The translations under genes and the position numbers were made by a program. A DNA stretch of 63,094 nt, counting the filler, from Reticulomyxa filosa (lineage: Eukaryota > Protista > Foraminifera): assembly GCA_000512085.1 (NCBI GenBank). It is 21 parts of 21 records of this genome, joined end to end, with 100 filler letters (N's around TTAATTAATTAA, not from the genome) between each part and the next. Parts side by side here need not be neighbours in the genome. Positions count along the whole stretch, not along the records: positions 1 to 2,727 come from ASPP01024888.1; positions 2,828 to 4,401 come from ASPP01004010.1; positions 4,502 to 5,868 come from ASPP01014813.1; positions 5,969 to 7,033 come from ASPP01019116.1; positions 7,134 to 10,890 come from ASPP01007856.1; positions 10,991 to 20,624 come from ASPP01019760.1; 15 more parts are not named here. One strand, written 5' to 3'. Under the pieces are notes generated by a model. That model did not search any database and was not told the DNA's origin. It saw nothing but the letters and a program-made list of their open reading frames with translations. Position 1 is the first letter of the stretch. Every line of letters begins with the position of its first letter. This document shows positions 1 through 11,714 of this stretch, piece by piece.

Positions 1-2581
1 TTGATCCAGAATTATTGGAATTTTCAACGGTCAAGTTATTCGACGGTTGTTGTTTTTGTTGAATGTTTTTGTTGTCCTTTTTTTTTTGTTTGGACTCGGA
101 CTCTTCTTCGCTCTCGCTAAAATAGTCCATGTCCGTGGCATATTTGATTTCCAATTGTTTGATTACATCGGTGAGTTCACTGATGGTTTTGTTGTGTTGC
201 GATTCAACGCTTTTCAGATCGTCCAATTGTTTTTACTTTCGGTCAGCATTTTGGCTTTTTCAGCCAATTGTTTTTGCAGCTCTTCTTCACGAACCCTCAG
301 TTGTTCGTACTGTTGCAATAGCTCATTGTCGTACTCCGCGTGCGTCTCACTCGCTGACGCTGTCCCTGTTGTCGCTACATTTGCAGAAGCATTCGTAGTA
401 TCTACGTTTTCCTGATTGGATTCATTGGGCTGATATTCATTATTTTGCGTTTCATCAAAGCCGTAACCTTTGGTTTTGTTTTCAAAGCCATCAAATAAAT
501 AAAAAAAAAAGATTTGAATCGACCCCAAAGAGAAAGAGAGAAAGAGAGAAAGAGAAGAGGGAAGGAAAAAAAAAAAAAAAACAGTATACAATAGCCAACC
601 AATGGCCGCATCCAATTCAGATCCATCATAATCTTCATTATCAGGAATCAAATCATTGTCATTGTTTTGATCTCCATCGTCACCACCGAACATGACACCG
701 ATATTGTTATCAAGGACTCCATTTCCGAGGAAGGACCCTTGGTTTTCCAGCGGCGGCTGTTGAGTGGTGAAGGCCTCATCGTCGTCTTCCTTTGTTTGTT
801 TGTCGTCAGCGTCCGTGTCCAATTTGCCATCGACGTCGAGTTCCTCTTGTTCTTCGCTTTTCAGTAGTTTCATTTCATTTTGCAGTGTGTCGAGCAAGTC
901 ACCCAGTGATCGCAGTTCTTCCTTTTTGGCATTGATATCGCGTTCGAGCGATGCAATGTGTTGATCCTTTCCCTGAATGAACTGTTGGAAGTGTTGTTTG
1001 AGTTTGTCCATTTCCACCTCGTGTTTTTTAATGGTGGTTTCTTTTTGGTTCATTGCGTACAATAGGCGCTGCTTCTCGCTCACAAACTGTTCGGACGTGC
1101 GGTCGACATCGCTTTTCAGTTGTTGGATTGTCTCATTCAGCGCTTTGATGTCTTTTTCCGCCTGATGTCGAGAGCTGGTCAACTCTTTTTCCAAGTGTTG
1201 GTTTTTCGATCGCAGCGACTCGATTGTGTCTTGGTACTTGCGTTCGGGATCGTTGGAATGAGTTGCATGTGCATGTGCATGTGCATGTGCATGTGCATGT
1301 GCGCCAGAGCCCGAGCCATGACTGGTGTGGTCCTTCTCTTCCTCACTTTCAGGTCGCCATGAGCGTGGACGGCGCTCGTTATTTTTGTTTGTGTTGGAGC
1401 CGCTGTCCAAGTCTTTATTTCTCCTGGATTTTTTTCTTTTGGGTCCAGCATTGCCAGAGGCGCTTTCATTAGCATTGACATTAGCATTATTGGTCTTTGC
1501 TTTTCGTGAATCACCGACTTGTTTATCAAAGTTGTCATCATCGCCATCACCATCGCCATTGTCGTCCTGATCCAACTCGTCTTCTTCCTCGTCAAAGTAG
1601 TCATCGTCGGCAGTCCTCTCCACCACGATGATACTGGCATTTCCTTTCTGGTTGCGCTCGATGGTGAAGCTGCTGTTCTGTCGGCGATGCACACTTCGCG
1701 AGGACGTATTGTTGTTGGCGTTGGCGTCGGCGTCCGTGGCTGTTGTCTTTGCATTGTTTGCTGCTTCAGTGGTGGCCACCGTTGTTGTTGTTGTTGTCGT
1801 CGCGTCGCCACCTCCAACTCCGGATGCGAGTGAAAGAGTGGCAGCGTTTTGTAGGTTGGCTGTATTGATTTGGTGACGTTGCTTGCGCTCTTTTTCGAGT
1901 TGCAATTTGAGGATCTCGCTTTCGTGATGAAACTCTTCCAACTTTTGCTTCATCTCTTTATTCTTGGATTCGAGTGCTTTGATGCGTTTGTTCAATACTT
2001 GCTCGCGCCCTTTGAACTTGTTGGTGAGGTCGTTGATTTCGTCTTCGTGATCTTGTGTCATCGTGTCAATGACCGTGTCGTAGTGGTGCTTCAGCTTCTC
2101 CATTTCTTGTGAATGCTCTTGGATTTGCTCTTGCAACGACTCAATCTCTCCATCTTTGGACTGGTTCGACTTGAGCTTGTGCGTCAGTTCTTTGGCCATT
2201 TCTTGCAGCTTCGATACGTCCTTCTCATAGCCCTTCTTCACATTGTCCAAATCAATCTCGTGCAAATTCTTCGAGTGACGATGCTTGCGATTCAATCTCG
2301 TTATCTCATTCGCATGTGCAGTGGACAGCTCTTTCAGCTTCTCCTCATATTCTGTCTTTTGACGCAACATTTTATCCTCCCATTGCTCGTTCGACATTGT
2401 CTTGTTCATCTCCTTTCTTTTCTTCTCTTCTTCCATCTCATATTTCATACGCGCCTTCTCTCTTTTCAGTTCTTCAATCTCCTTCATCGCGTTCTCGTAT
2501 CTCTCTTTCCATTGTTCTGTTTCTGCTTTCTCGTCGTTCAATTGTTGTCTCAACAGATACATTTCATCTTTTTTGGCATTG
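1..2581 (-). CDS. Long coiled-coil, low-complexity protein (partial at both ends)
   Basis: E/K/Q-rich heptads. In-frame GT-AG intron at about 468-599. Coding-like sequence continues to position 1 after a 1-nt shift in an A-run near 230 (KQLDDLKSVESQHNKT...). Confidence 0.75.
1264..1302 (-). repeat. (GCACAT)n hexamer microsatellite encoding a His-Ala repeat
   Basis: tgcatg repeated about 6 times; translates AHAHAHAHAHAHA. Confidence 0.9.
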
Positions 2582-2727
2582 CTTTTTTTTTTTTTTTTTT
2601 CAAAACACACGTAACATAAGCGTTTTATTGTTTTTCGAAATTAATTATATATATATATATATATGTTTATATATATATACATATATTATAATTATGACTT
2701 TTTTTTATGTACGTATCTCTCTCTCTC

Positions 2728-2827
2728 NNNNNNNNNNNNNNNNNNNNNNNNNNNNNNNNNNNNNNNNNNNNTTAATTAATTAANNNNNNNNNNNNNNNNN
2801 NNNNNNNNNNNNNNNNNNNNNNNNNNN
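2728..2827. other. Artificial contig linker (N-run, TTAATTAATTAA six-frame stop, N-run); 20 copies in the window
   Basis: Identical cassette with core at 2772, 4446, 5913, 7078, 10935, 20669, 23912, 26700, 30111, 32084, 33660, 34811, 38338, 42874, 44380, 49160, 52367, 56121, 57221 and 60199. Confidence 0.98.
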
Positions 2828-2879
2828 TCCTTTTTTTTTTTTAAACTAAAAAAAGTTACTAGTATTGTATTGGAATCAT

Positions 2880-2912
<33 letters not shown>

Positions 2913-2920
2913 CCAACAAC

Positions 2921-3625
2921 CTTTGTCAAAAGCATATTGCGCTTGGGCATAAGAGCGATAGTTGTCAATGCATTGTTCAGTAAGTTTTTGAACGTATTCA
3001 CTATGCTCATCAATTTGAAATTGTTCTCCTGCAGATAGTGCATGATGCAATGCATCTTCGTAGCTTTGCAAATGAAAAAATATCTTTGATGCCAACAATG
3101 ATGCTGACTTTGCATAAGGTTCATTCGTTTTCTCCGATAATTCCTCACTTTTCATTTTTATTATTGTTATTATTAATTTTTTTTTAAACAAATAAATTAA
3201 ATAATAAATAAGAAGAAAAAGAAACATTTTGGAAATTCGATCTCCAATTTCGGCCCAGCTGTGAGTGATCAATTCATGCAAGGCCTGCAATGCACTTTCT
3301 ATCACATTGGAGTCACCTTCGTCCAAATGTGTTAATATGCCTGGATGCATTCACACAATCACAAACAAAATATTCAAATCCTTTTTTTTTGTTTTGACTA
3401 GTTAATATTTTTTCACTTTTCTTGATCACAAACCTTCTGTACTCACAAAGGAGTCCAATAACAGGGTCATCTCTGATGTGGGATATCACTTGTTTGTATT
3501 TTTTATTTTTTTTTAGAGGAGATGTGCAGCCTTCTTCCTTTAAAAAAGATGTTAGTTTTTTTTTTCTTAAATTCCCTGTTGTGTTGATCCCTTTACCCAC
3601 AAAACTCTGTAAATAATGTGGCCAT
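2921..3625 (-). CDS. RPN2: 26S proteasome regulatory subunit RPN2/PSMD1, N-terminal exons (partial)
   Basis: ILTHLDE..ALQALHELITHSWAEI..., ASLLASKIFFHLQSYEDALHHALSAGEQFQIDEHSEYVQKLTEQCIDNY follows the RPN2 N-terminus; introns at about 3148-3225 and 3342-3597; the first exon is tentative. Confidence 0.9.
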
Positions 3626-4501
3626 TCTCTCCAAGACAAGAAGGAGTTTCGTCAGAGTCTCATTTTTAATAAACTAGAAAACGCTTTTGATTTTTTACAC
3701 AAATGAGACTGCAAAATTTAGATTCATTTTTTCCAAAAAAAATTTTCTACCGAAAAGATTACAGAAAGTTGACAATATAACATCTGTTCGTCTTACATGC
3801 TCTTATAATTAAGTTTCATCAGCCGCATCACCATGCTGTTCTCAATGGTATTGCCTGTCAGCATATTCGATACGGACTGTCCATTTGGCATTTATGTAGT
3901 GATGCCAGTTTTGTTGGGTCTCGTAAGTAACATTGGGCTGTAATTTAAATTCCGACGCGGCTACATCTGATATATTGTTTCCATTGTCATCAACTGTCAT
4001 TGATGATTGTCTGCATTCTGACGACAATTGTAGCAATTGAGCCACAAGCAGTTGATGCACGCTCACTGTTAGATGGCATCTATTTTGTTATCACACGACG
4101 ACAAAGAAGATCAAATATTCTTTTATTTATTTTTTTTTTTGTGAAAAAATAAATAAAAAGAAATATAAACTTGTAGCTTATTTAATTCACTGTTGCAAGC
4201 TTGCAGCTATTGTGTTTTTTTCGCACTTGCTGCTTTGGAAGACGGCAAACATCGGAATCCCCCACGCAAATTGTGAAACGCTGGATGTTGGAGTTGCGTT
4301 TGCATTCCCATTTGCATTTGCTGCACTTCACCTTCCACTATCGATCGTTATTGCTCCATTATACTCACACCTTGTGCTGTTTCAAGCTAAGTTTTTTTTT
4401 TNNNNNNNNNNNNNNNNNNNNNNNNNNNNNNNNNNNNNNNNNNNNTTAATTAATTAANNNNNNNNNNNNNNNNNNNNNNNNNNNNNNNNNNNNNNNNNNN
4501 N

Positions 4502-4781
4502 TGGCCGGTTGCCGACCACGCCAGGCGCAACAGGACGTACCAGACCGCAGGATGGCCTTCGCCGTGCAACCCCTGCAGCATGTCGACGATGTCGGTGCCC
4601 GACGAGGCGACGGACAGCGCGCGGACCTCATCGCGCCATACGACATGGCCCAGGGCCAGGTAAGAGGCGGCCAGCAGCCACAGCAGCAGGACCGGGCCGT
4701 TGCGGCGCAGCATCCACAGGCGTGTCGACGGCTGCACGACTTCTACGCCGCGACGGAAGAGAGGAATCTCAGGGCGAGGCA
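4502..4781 (-). CDS. Bacterial GT-C-superfamily membrane glycosyltransferase-like N-terminus (3' partial)
   Basis: TM helix followed by WRDE and GEGHPAVWYVLLR, resembling the WxDE...HPPLxY pattern of GT-C/PMT-like enzymes; start position uncertain. Confidence 0.6.
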
Positions 4782-5868
4782 CGACGCGGACTGTCCATCC
4801 GGTTGGCCGGCCTGCCGATCGACGCCGGCGGGGGGCGGTCGCCGTCGCGGCGCGCATAGATCCTGTTTTCCCAGGTCTGGCTGCTGCGTGACACGATGTG
4901 GCCGAGCACGGTGGCGTACTGAGGGAGAGCCGGCTCGACCACGACGCGATACTCGGCCTCTGTCAGCCAGGGCGGTACCACCGGAACCAGGGGATCGCCG
5001 GAGCCGCCGAAAGGCGCCGCGACGTATGCCAGCTGCTTGCGATTGTTCGGATCGGCAAATCCGGAATAGATCGTCGTCAGGGGGTGCAGCCCTTTCTGGC
5101 GCCAGAGCATGTAGGTCGAGGGCGGTACCGCGATCAGCCCGTCGCCGTGGCCGAGATCATCTTGAATGCGATCGATGGCCTCAAGGGCGCGCCCCATCGA
5201 ATCCTGGGAAGACACCCGAATTATGAACTCGCGCATCCGGTCCTGTGCGCTGAGAGCAAAGAGAGCGGCCAGCCCAATCAATGTTGCCGATGCATAGAGG
5301 CGGCGCGATGGCACGGGCATGCGCGCGGCAATGGTCGCGACGCCGCCCAGCAGCAGGGCCGCCGTCATCGGTGGGTAGTTTCCTTGATAGGGTATCGCGA
5401 GGAGGCACAGCGGGCTGGCGGCGACCAACAGCACGATGGGCAAGGCGCGCGTTCCGCTTTTCGATCGAACCAGATCGACGATGACGGCGCCCGCTACGGC
5501 GACCTGGACGGCAAGCAGCTTGGCAAGACTCACGAAATAGTTCGGATCCGCGATCGGGAAGGCGCCGAGCCAGGTCCGCACACCGCCGCGGAGCAGGGAC
5601 AGGAAATAGCCGCCGCCCGTTTCGTTTCCTGTCGACTGGCCGGTCAGGACACCCACGAAAGTCGGAAGCCAACCCGGCAGGAGGAGGGCGAACAGACCAA
5701 CCGCGGCCGTCAGGACAGAGATCAAGCCAGCGCCGACGACGAGCATCCTTCCGACGCACCGCCACAGGCCTGCGGTCTGGAAGTGACGATCGAAAACGAC
5801 AATGATGACAGCGATCGTCGACCAGACTCCCGCGAAGGGCGATGTGAGGAGGGCGGCGCCGCAGAGCA
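4769..5868 (-). CDS. Bacterial multi-pass membrane protein (GT-C-like), 5' partial
   Basis: High-GC contig, no introns, many hydrophobic helices and a C-terminal soluble tail; frame is open to the contig edge. Confidence 0.6.
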
Positions 5869-5968
5869 NNNNNNNNNNNNNNNNNNNNNNNNNNNNNNNN
5901 NNNNNNNNNNNNTTAATTAATTAANNNNNNNNNNNNNNNNNNNNNNNNNNNNNNNNNNNNNNNNNNNN

Positions 5969-6556
5969 TTGTTTTGCAATATTTTCTTTCTGTGAATTCA
6001 ACTTATAACATTCTCTATAAAAAAAAAGACAATGTTTGTTCTTATTTCCGGTTTCCATGTCTTGTCTCCGTTTTTTAATCAATTCTTGGCATTCTGCAAT
6101 TGGAAAATTTAAAAAAATAAAAAAATTTCATCATCGAGATAAACTTTTGAAAAAGAACTTCGAAAACGAGGCCCCACAACCGTTGATTGATCTCGCCGTA
6201 CAATATTTGGGATTTTTTGTTTTTTTTGATATTTTAAAGACTTAAATTTTTTTTTTCACTTATGCAGGGATTATTATATCTTGTTCGAATTGAAAAAACA
6301 ATTTTCTTGTTTCAGTTTCCTTTTTAATTGCATTGCTGCTCTTTTGTGTTTCTTATAATTTGTTTCAGTTCTGCACTTTCTATACTTCCTTGGATGAAAT
6401 TTTTTTATTTTTTTAAATTTTCCAATTGCAGAATGCCAAGAATTGATTAAAAAACGGAGACAAGACATGGAAACCGGAAATAAGAACAAACATTGTCTTT
6501 TTTTTTATAGAGAATGTTATAGGCTGAATTCACAGAAAGAAAATATTGCAAAACAA
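5969..6556. repeat. 164-bp inverted repeat (5969-6132 / 6393-6556) with a 260-bp spacer
   Basis: Arms are reverse complements with 2 visible substitutions; both give the same MFLFPVSMSCLRFLINSWHSAIGKFKKIKKFH translation on opposite strands. Confidence 0.95.
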
Positions 6557-6769
6557 GCAACTCACTCACACTTGGAACAGACTAAGTATTACAATATGTT
6601 ACAAAGGTAACCAACAAACAACATTCTAGCTTCAACTTTGCAGCTTGAATGAGATCATCGCTCTGTTGATGGCCTTTATCTTACCTATGTGGAGTTCAAG
6701 AATCTGTTTGTGCTGTTGGAGAATATCTCCCCAGTGAAAGCAAGAAGAGATCGCAGAAGCATTGGGAGA

Positions 6770-7033
6770 GATTGGATTCAAAGTGGAGAAAGTGGAAAGA
6801 TTTGAAGGCCTTCCAATTGCGAAAGTATTGTAAAGAGTTGGGAGATAAAGAAATCAGAATTGGATACAGATTGGTGAAGTGCGAGCTGTTCGATAAATAT
6901 AAAAATAGACCACATTCGCATTTCAGGAAGTGTTTTAGATTGAACCATTTCGCAAAAGATTGCAGCAGAAGACAAGCAAGTATTGTGGAATGAAGAGTCA
7001 CAAATCAGAAGACTGCAGTCACAAAAAGAAGCC
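6770..7033 (+). mobile_element. Degenerate non-LTR retrotransposon ORF1 (gag-like zinc knuckles)
   Basis: IRIGYRLVKCE..., then KCFRLNHFAKDC and a frameshifted KYCGMKSHKSEDC: CX2CX4HX4C-type knuckles after an IxIG motif. Confidence 0.65.
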
Positions 7034-7212
7034 NNNNNNNNNNNNNNNNNNNNNNNNNNNNNNNNNNNNNNNNNNNNTTAATTAATTAANNNNNNNNNNN
7101 NNNNNNNNNNNNNNNNNNNNNNNNNNNNNNNNNTCTCTCTCCCTTTCAATATCTTGCATAATTAGTCTTACTTTATTATATCGTGTGTATATGTATGTGT
7201 GAATATACAAAG

Positions 7213-7834
7213 CAAACGAGAGCAATATTGACCCAATATCTGACAAACGACAAGACCTTCCAAAGCATCAATCCGTCGCGACTACACTACATCATAGATC
7301 TAGCTCGATGTTGTCCCACACTAATCACCGAGTCATTGGTACTGCAAATTGACAAGGCGATTACGCAGATTGCCGAAATGCCTGTGCCAAAATCAACCAC
7401 CGCGAGTATGTCGGAAAGCGGTGCAAATGGCAACGGCAGTAGCATTGTCGACAAGAGTTTACGGTTTGCTTTGCAGCTGCTCGATCTCTTGCAATACGCA
7501 CAAGTGATTCCACCTGGCGGCCATGTGGAGTTGTTGGTGGATGGGTATATGAAAATCGAAAAGAAGTGGCTCCAATCCATCGCCCCGGCCTTTGCGAGCG
7601 ACGGACTGTACACGAGTCCATTTCGCAAAGCCATGCTACCCGTCGTCTGCAAGTATCCTCACAAGTTCATCATGCACGTTTTGACGACCAAGTTGGTGGA
7701 CAACTCCAACCCAGCCGACACCACGCATTTGTACTATTTGTTGGAGCTGTTGTCCGACAAGTCGGCACATTCATTGCGACAAGCGTTTCAAAGTGAAGAA
7801 GTGCTTTCCATCATTGCTCAGGCTTTGGTTTAGC

Positions 7835-7866
<32 letters not shown>

Positions 7867-8834
7867 CAAACAAACAATCAATCAAAAATCCAAATGTGCA
7901 TGCGGATTGCATGTGATGCATGTTCACAGACAAAATTGAAAGACGAAAAGAACAACACAAAGGGCACGACTCCAGGCTTTGAAAAAGCCTGTCGCTTGAT
8001 GTGTCTGTTGGCATGCGTGTGTCGACAGGACGACCATTGGCTGACACAGTACCCTTTGAACTCCAGCCTGAAAGACTTTGTCGTCCTTGTCTCCACAAGC
8101 ATCCCGACCATGCTCGCCATTTCACAGTCACTGTTCGCCGGGCCTCACAACCCCGCGTGCTCAGTGGAGTTGTTGGAGTTTTGCAAGCACGCGTCGTTGG
8201 TGTGCATGCAAGGTTTGGTGGGATCATGCGACCCCGTCGTCGCTATTAACTGTGCCCATCTCTTTAATGAAAAATATTGGATTGACTTTACGTATTTTGA
8301 GTACTTCTTGGAACAAACAGTTTCTTTATTTTTACAAAAAAAAAAAAAATAAATAAATAAATAAATAAGTAGTAATAACAATGACAAAAAAAAAAAAAAA
8401 AAGTTTCCGGCGCTAGCAAATCTTGGAGCCCGTGCGAGCCTGATCGAAAAGCTATTGGAAAAAAGCTTGGAGAAATTGAACACGACTCCGGAGCGTATAT
8501 CGGTTCAAATAATGCGATACATAGTGAACCCGATATGCTCGGGGATACACAATTACTCGATGAAAGACCCAAGATGCGACTTGTGGCAGCAAAACGATTG
8601 GAAGCTGTTGAAGCACCTGATGGAGCTGGTGCCCACGAGTTCGGGGAACAGCTTCTTTGAGGAGACGGCAAAGTTAAAACCTCCGGTCGTGGACGCAACG
8701 CAGATTTTGAAAGAGAGCCTTTACATGGAAGTGTTCAAGCTGCAAAGCACTATTTTAAAGTATTGTGAAGTCTTTGTATCTACTTTCGAAAAAGGAGTAA
8801 TCAAAAGAATATATATATATATATATACATACAT

Positions 8835-8870
<36 letters not shown>

Positions 8871-10800
8871 TGAAAGATCAATTTCGGCAACACGCAGCTA
8901 TCCAAAAGATGACGCACGCAATTGGTTTCCGAAATTGGCACTGAAAAATTATCAGTTGGACGAACACAGTCCATTGTACGTGGAATGGCAACGGCATTGC
9001 GGCGCGCAACTGGCCACGATCTTTTGCATAGACAGCAGCGTGGTTTGGGCCATGTTCAATTCGATCTTCCAGCGGAGCGATAACGCGGACCCAAATGTGG
9101 TGAACTCCACACTACAGATCTTGGTGCCGATGTTGCGGTACCCGTTGAAGGTGGAGGGCAGACTCGATACGCGACAGGAGCCACGGAGACCCGACGTGAG
9201 TCCGCATCGCGACGAATGGTACGACGGTGTCATGACATTGCTGGACTGGCCTGTGAGCAAGCGCAAGTTCACATATCAGCAGGCGTTGTATTTCCTCTAC
9301 GCGTTTGCGTCGCATCCGGACATTTTCTTCGACTACCATCACAAGATCATGCCTGTGTTGGAGAAGGTATTGCCGAGCCATTGGGAGACGATAAAAAGCA
9401 AGAACGACGTGTTGGGACGACTTCTCGTGTTCGACGTCATCCGCGTGACCAGTCGTTGGATCAGTACATGCCACGCAGTGCACGAGGAGTATCATCTGGA
9501 GAAGCCCGAAAAGTATCACAAGATCCGCAAACTGGTCGGCGAATGGACGCATCGTGCCATTCGCTGTCTGGCCGAGACCGACGTCACCATCATCGGCATT
9601 TTTCCTCACTACCTCAGCAAGCTGCTCATGGCCTCTGCTTTGAGGGCCGCCGAGGAACTGATGAACGCCTGGAGGGGGTTCGACGATCTCATCGAAGACA
9701 AAAAAGTATCCGCCAATCGTCCTCGCCAGATCTGGGGCAATATCATGGACCAGGTGGTCATGCACGACAAGTTTGTGCTGCAACACAGTCGCGATCAGTC
9801 CCAAATCACCGACTCCGAAATCAATGTCAAAATCAACTACTCGCGCATCCTTTGGCACATGTTCTTCCTCAATATCGTCTTGAAGCCCAGGCCTTGCAAG
9901 TCCGCAGAGGACTGGAACAAACAGCACTCCCAACGCCAAATGACGTGGGTCCAACACACTGCCCTCCAAAATGTACACAAGCTCTTCTTGGCCCATGCCT
10001 TCCATGATAAAAGACAGTGCAAGCTCATTCCCAAAAAATGGTCGCCGCTTAAAAACTTGCAAATTCAGTATTGTCACTTGTTTGTGGGATTTATTGAAAG
10101 GGTATGTTATATATGTATATATGTATATACATATATATACATGTATATGTATATATGTGTATATATTTGTGTTATTGGATATCTGAACAGCTTCGCCAAC
10201 ATATCGATGGTGAAAAAAAGGTATTGCAGCTGGCAGAAGACCTCATCAATAAAATGAAACAACAGTATGAATCCATGCTTGCTATACAGAACAGTCGTGA
10301 GATACACGACAAAGAGACCGAGTTTGCAAGTTAATTCGAGAAAAAAAAAAAAAGTGAATATTTGTATGTGTGTGCCTTCTGCAATAAATAAACCAAAAAA
10401 AAAAAAATGTGTAAAGGAAATTGCATCTATCACACATTCTGCTCGTGGCTAATGTGTGAACCATTGCTGTACAACAACCCTTGCGTGGATCTTTCCTTCT
10501 TTCAAAACATCCTGGCATTGCTCCTTTCTCTTCGACGCTTTTTCGTAAACAAAGACGACCCGTCCATACATCTGGTGCTGAAGAAGATCATGCTGGAGTC
10601 TTCGGTGGCCGTCGTACGCATCATATTGTCCAATCATCACATTTACAAACAAAGACCTTTTTCGGACAAACTCGTTATTCAAGTATGCAACGTTGCTCAT
10701 CAAATATTGCAGCATTGGTCCACAATGTATCGTAAACTTGGCCTCCCGCCAGTCCCTCACGATATTGTTGTGCTCTTTGCCAGAAATCTATTGCTCAATG
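7213..10800 (+). CDS. TRRAP: TRRAP/Tra1-like HEAT-solenoid protein, internal exons
   Basis: SPFRKAMLPVVCKYP (cf. SPFREPLIKFLTRHP), VVWAMFNSIFQ...VVNSTLQILVP (cf. VLQVFHSLL...IVRQAMAILTP) and SHPDIFF (cf. Tra1 SHPDLFF), in the expected order; several GT-AG introns. Confidence 0.65.
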
Positions 10801-10990
10801 TATGTGTTCGACGAAAGAGAAAATAAGCACAACTCTTTTAATACTATGAGTTTGTCAATATTATATACATAAACATATATATATGTATACNNNNNNNNNN
10901 NNNNNNNNNNNNNNNNNNNNNNNNNNNNNNNNNNTTAATTAATTAANNNNNNNNNNNNNNNNNNNNNNNNNNNNNNNNNNNNNNNNNNNN

Positions 10991-11714
10991 TATTCATATT
11001 AATATTTGTATTCATATTGACATTGGTAGTGCTATGGGTCAAACCATTCGAATTATGTCCCATTGAAACCTCTCCTGAAAGCAAACTCATTTTGCTTTCT
11101 TTGATACTTTCCTCATTCGATAAATGTGGCTCTTTTGCTTTTAATGTCTCCGATGACTGTTGTGGTGGTCGTGCTATTGTCATACTTGACGACGATTCCA
11201 TACTAATATGCGATTGCTGGTTGGTCACGACGCGTTTCCAACTTTTCAGCTGGTCGAACACATCTGAAATAGTATTTAATGGTACCCACTTTGGTGCCTT
11301 ATTACTATTCCATAGGTAATGGTTCCCTTTCAACTCTCCACTTACATACATTTTTTTCAATTCACTCATCCCCACCGGTCCTGTTGCATTGCCAGTTTTG
11401 TTCACATAATACCAACCCTCTTCTAGGCCTTGTCTTCTTGTCACACTCTTATCCTCGTTCTCATTCGTCGCTAAATTCTTTCCAGAGTAGGATGTCTCGC
11501 CCAATTTCTTTTCACTCCATATTGTGGACGTGCTTTGTTGATTCGTCTGTATTTTTACTGTCTCTTTTTTATTGCTTATTAGGTAACTACTTTTCTGATC
11601 CTGCAGAAACTGTATTGCAAGATTTGTGCTATTGAATTTACTAGCTGCAGAAGTTGTAGCAGGCGTAGTGGTAGTAGTATTTATCATTCTTTGAGTAGAT
11701 GGTTGGTTGTTCAT
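10991..11714 (-). CDS. GYF_2 (DUF4339-type) domain protein, 3' partial
   Basis: WYYVNKTGNATGPVGMSELKKMYVSGELKGNHYLWNS...WVPL fits the WYY..GP....L...G.l...lW....W pattern. Confidence 0.75.

Noticed and set aside
225-240. Programmed ribosomal frameshifts here and near 27010, 43479 and 47598
   Set aside because: Single-base shifts in or near homopolymers of otherwise ordinary genes are most simply explained as sequencing errors
468-599. Transmembrane segment in the coiled-coil ORF, and YIYIYI stretches in other ORFs
   Set aside because: These are translations of stop-free introns (poly-T and (TA)n tracts), not protein
2772-2783. Recurrent TTAATTAATTAA palindrome as a biological repeat or CRISPR-like array
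   Set aside because: Always flanked by fixed-length N runs; it is a six-frame-stop concatenation linker
4898-5868. Long antisense ORFs on the bacterial contig and opposite the coiled-coil genes
   Set aside because: Shadow ORFs caused by high GC or biased codon usage; no motif support
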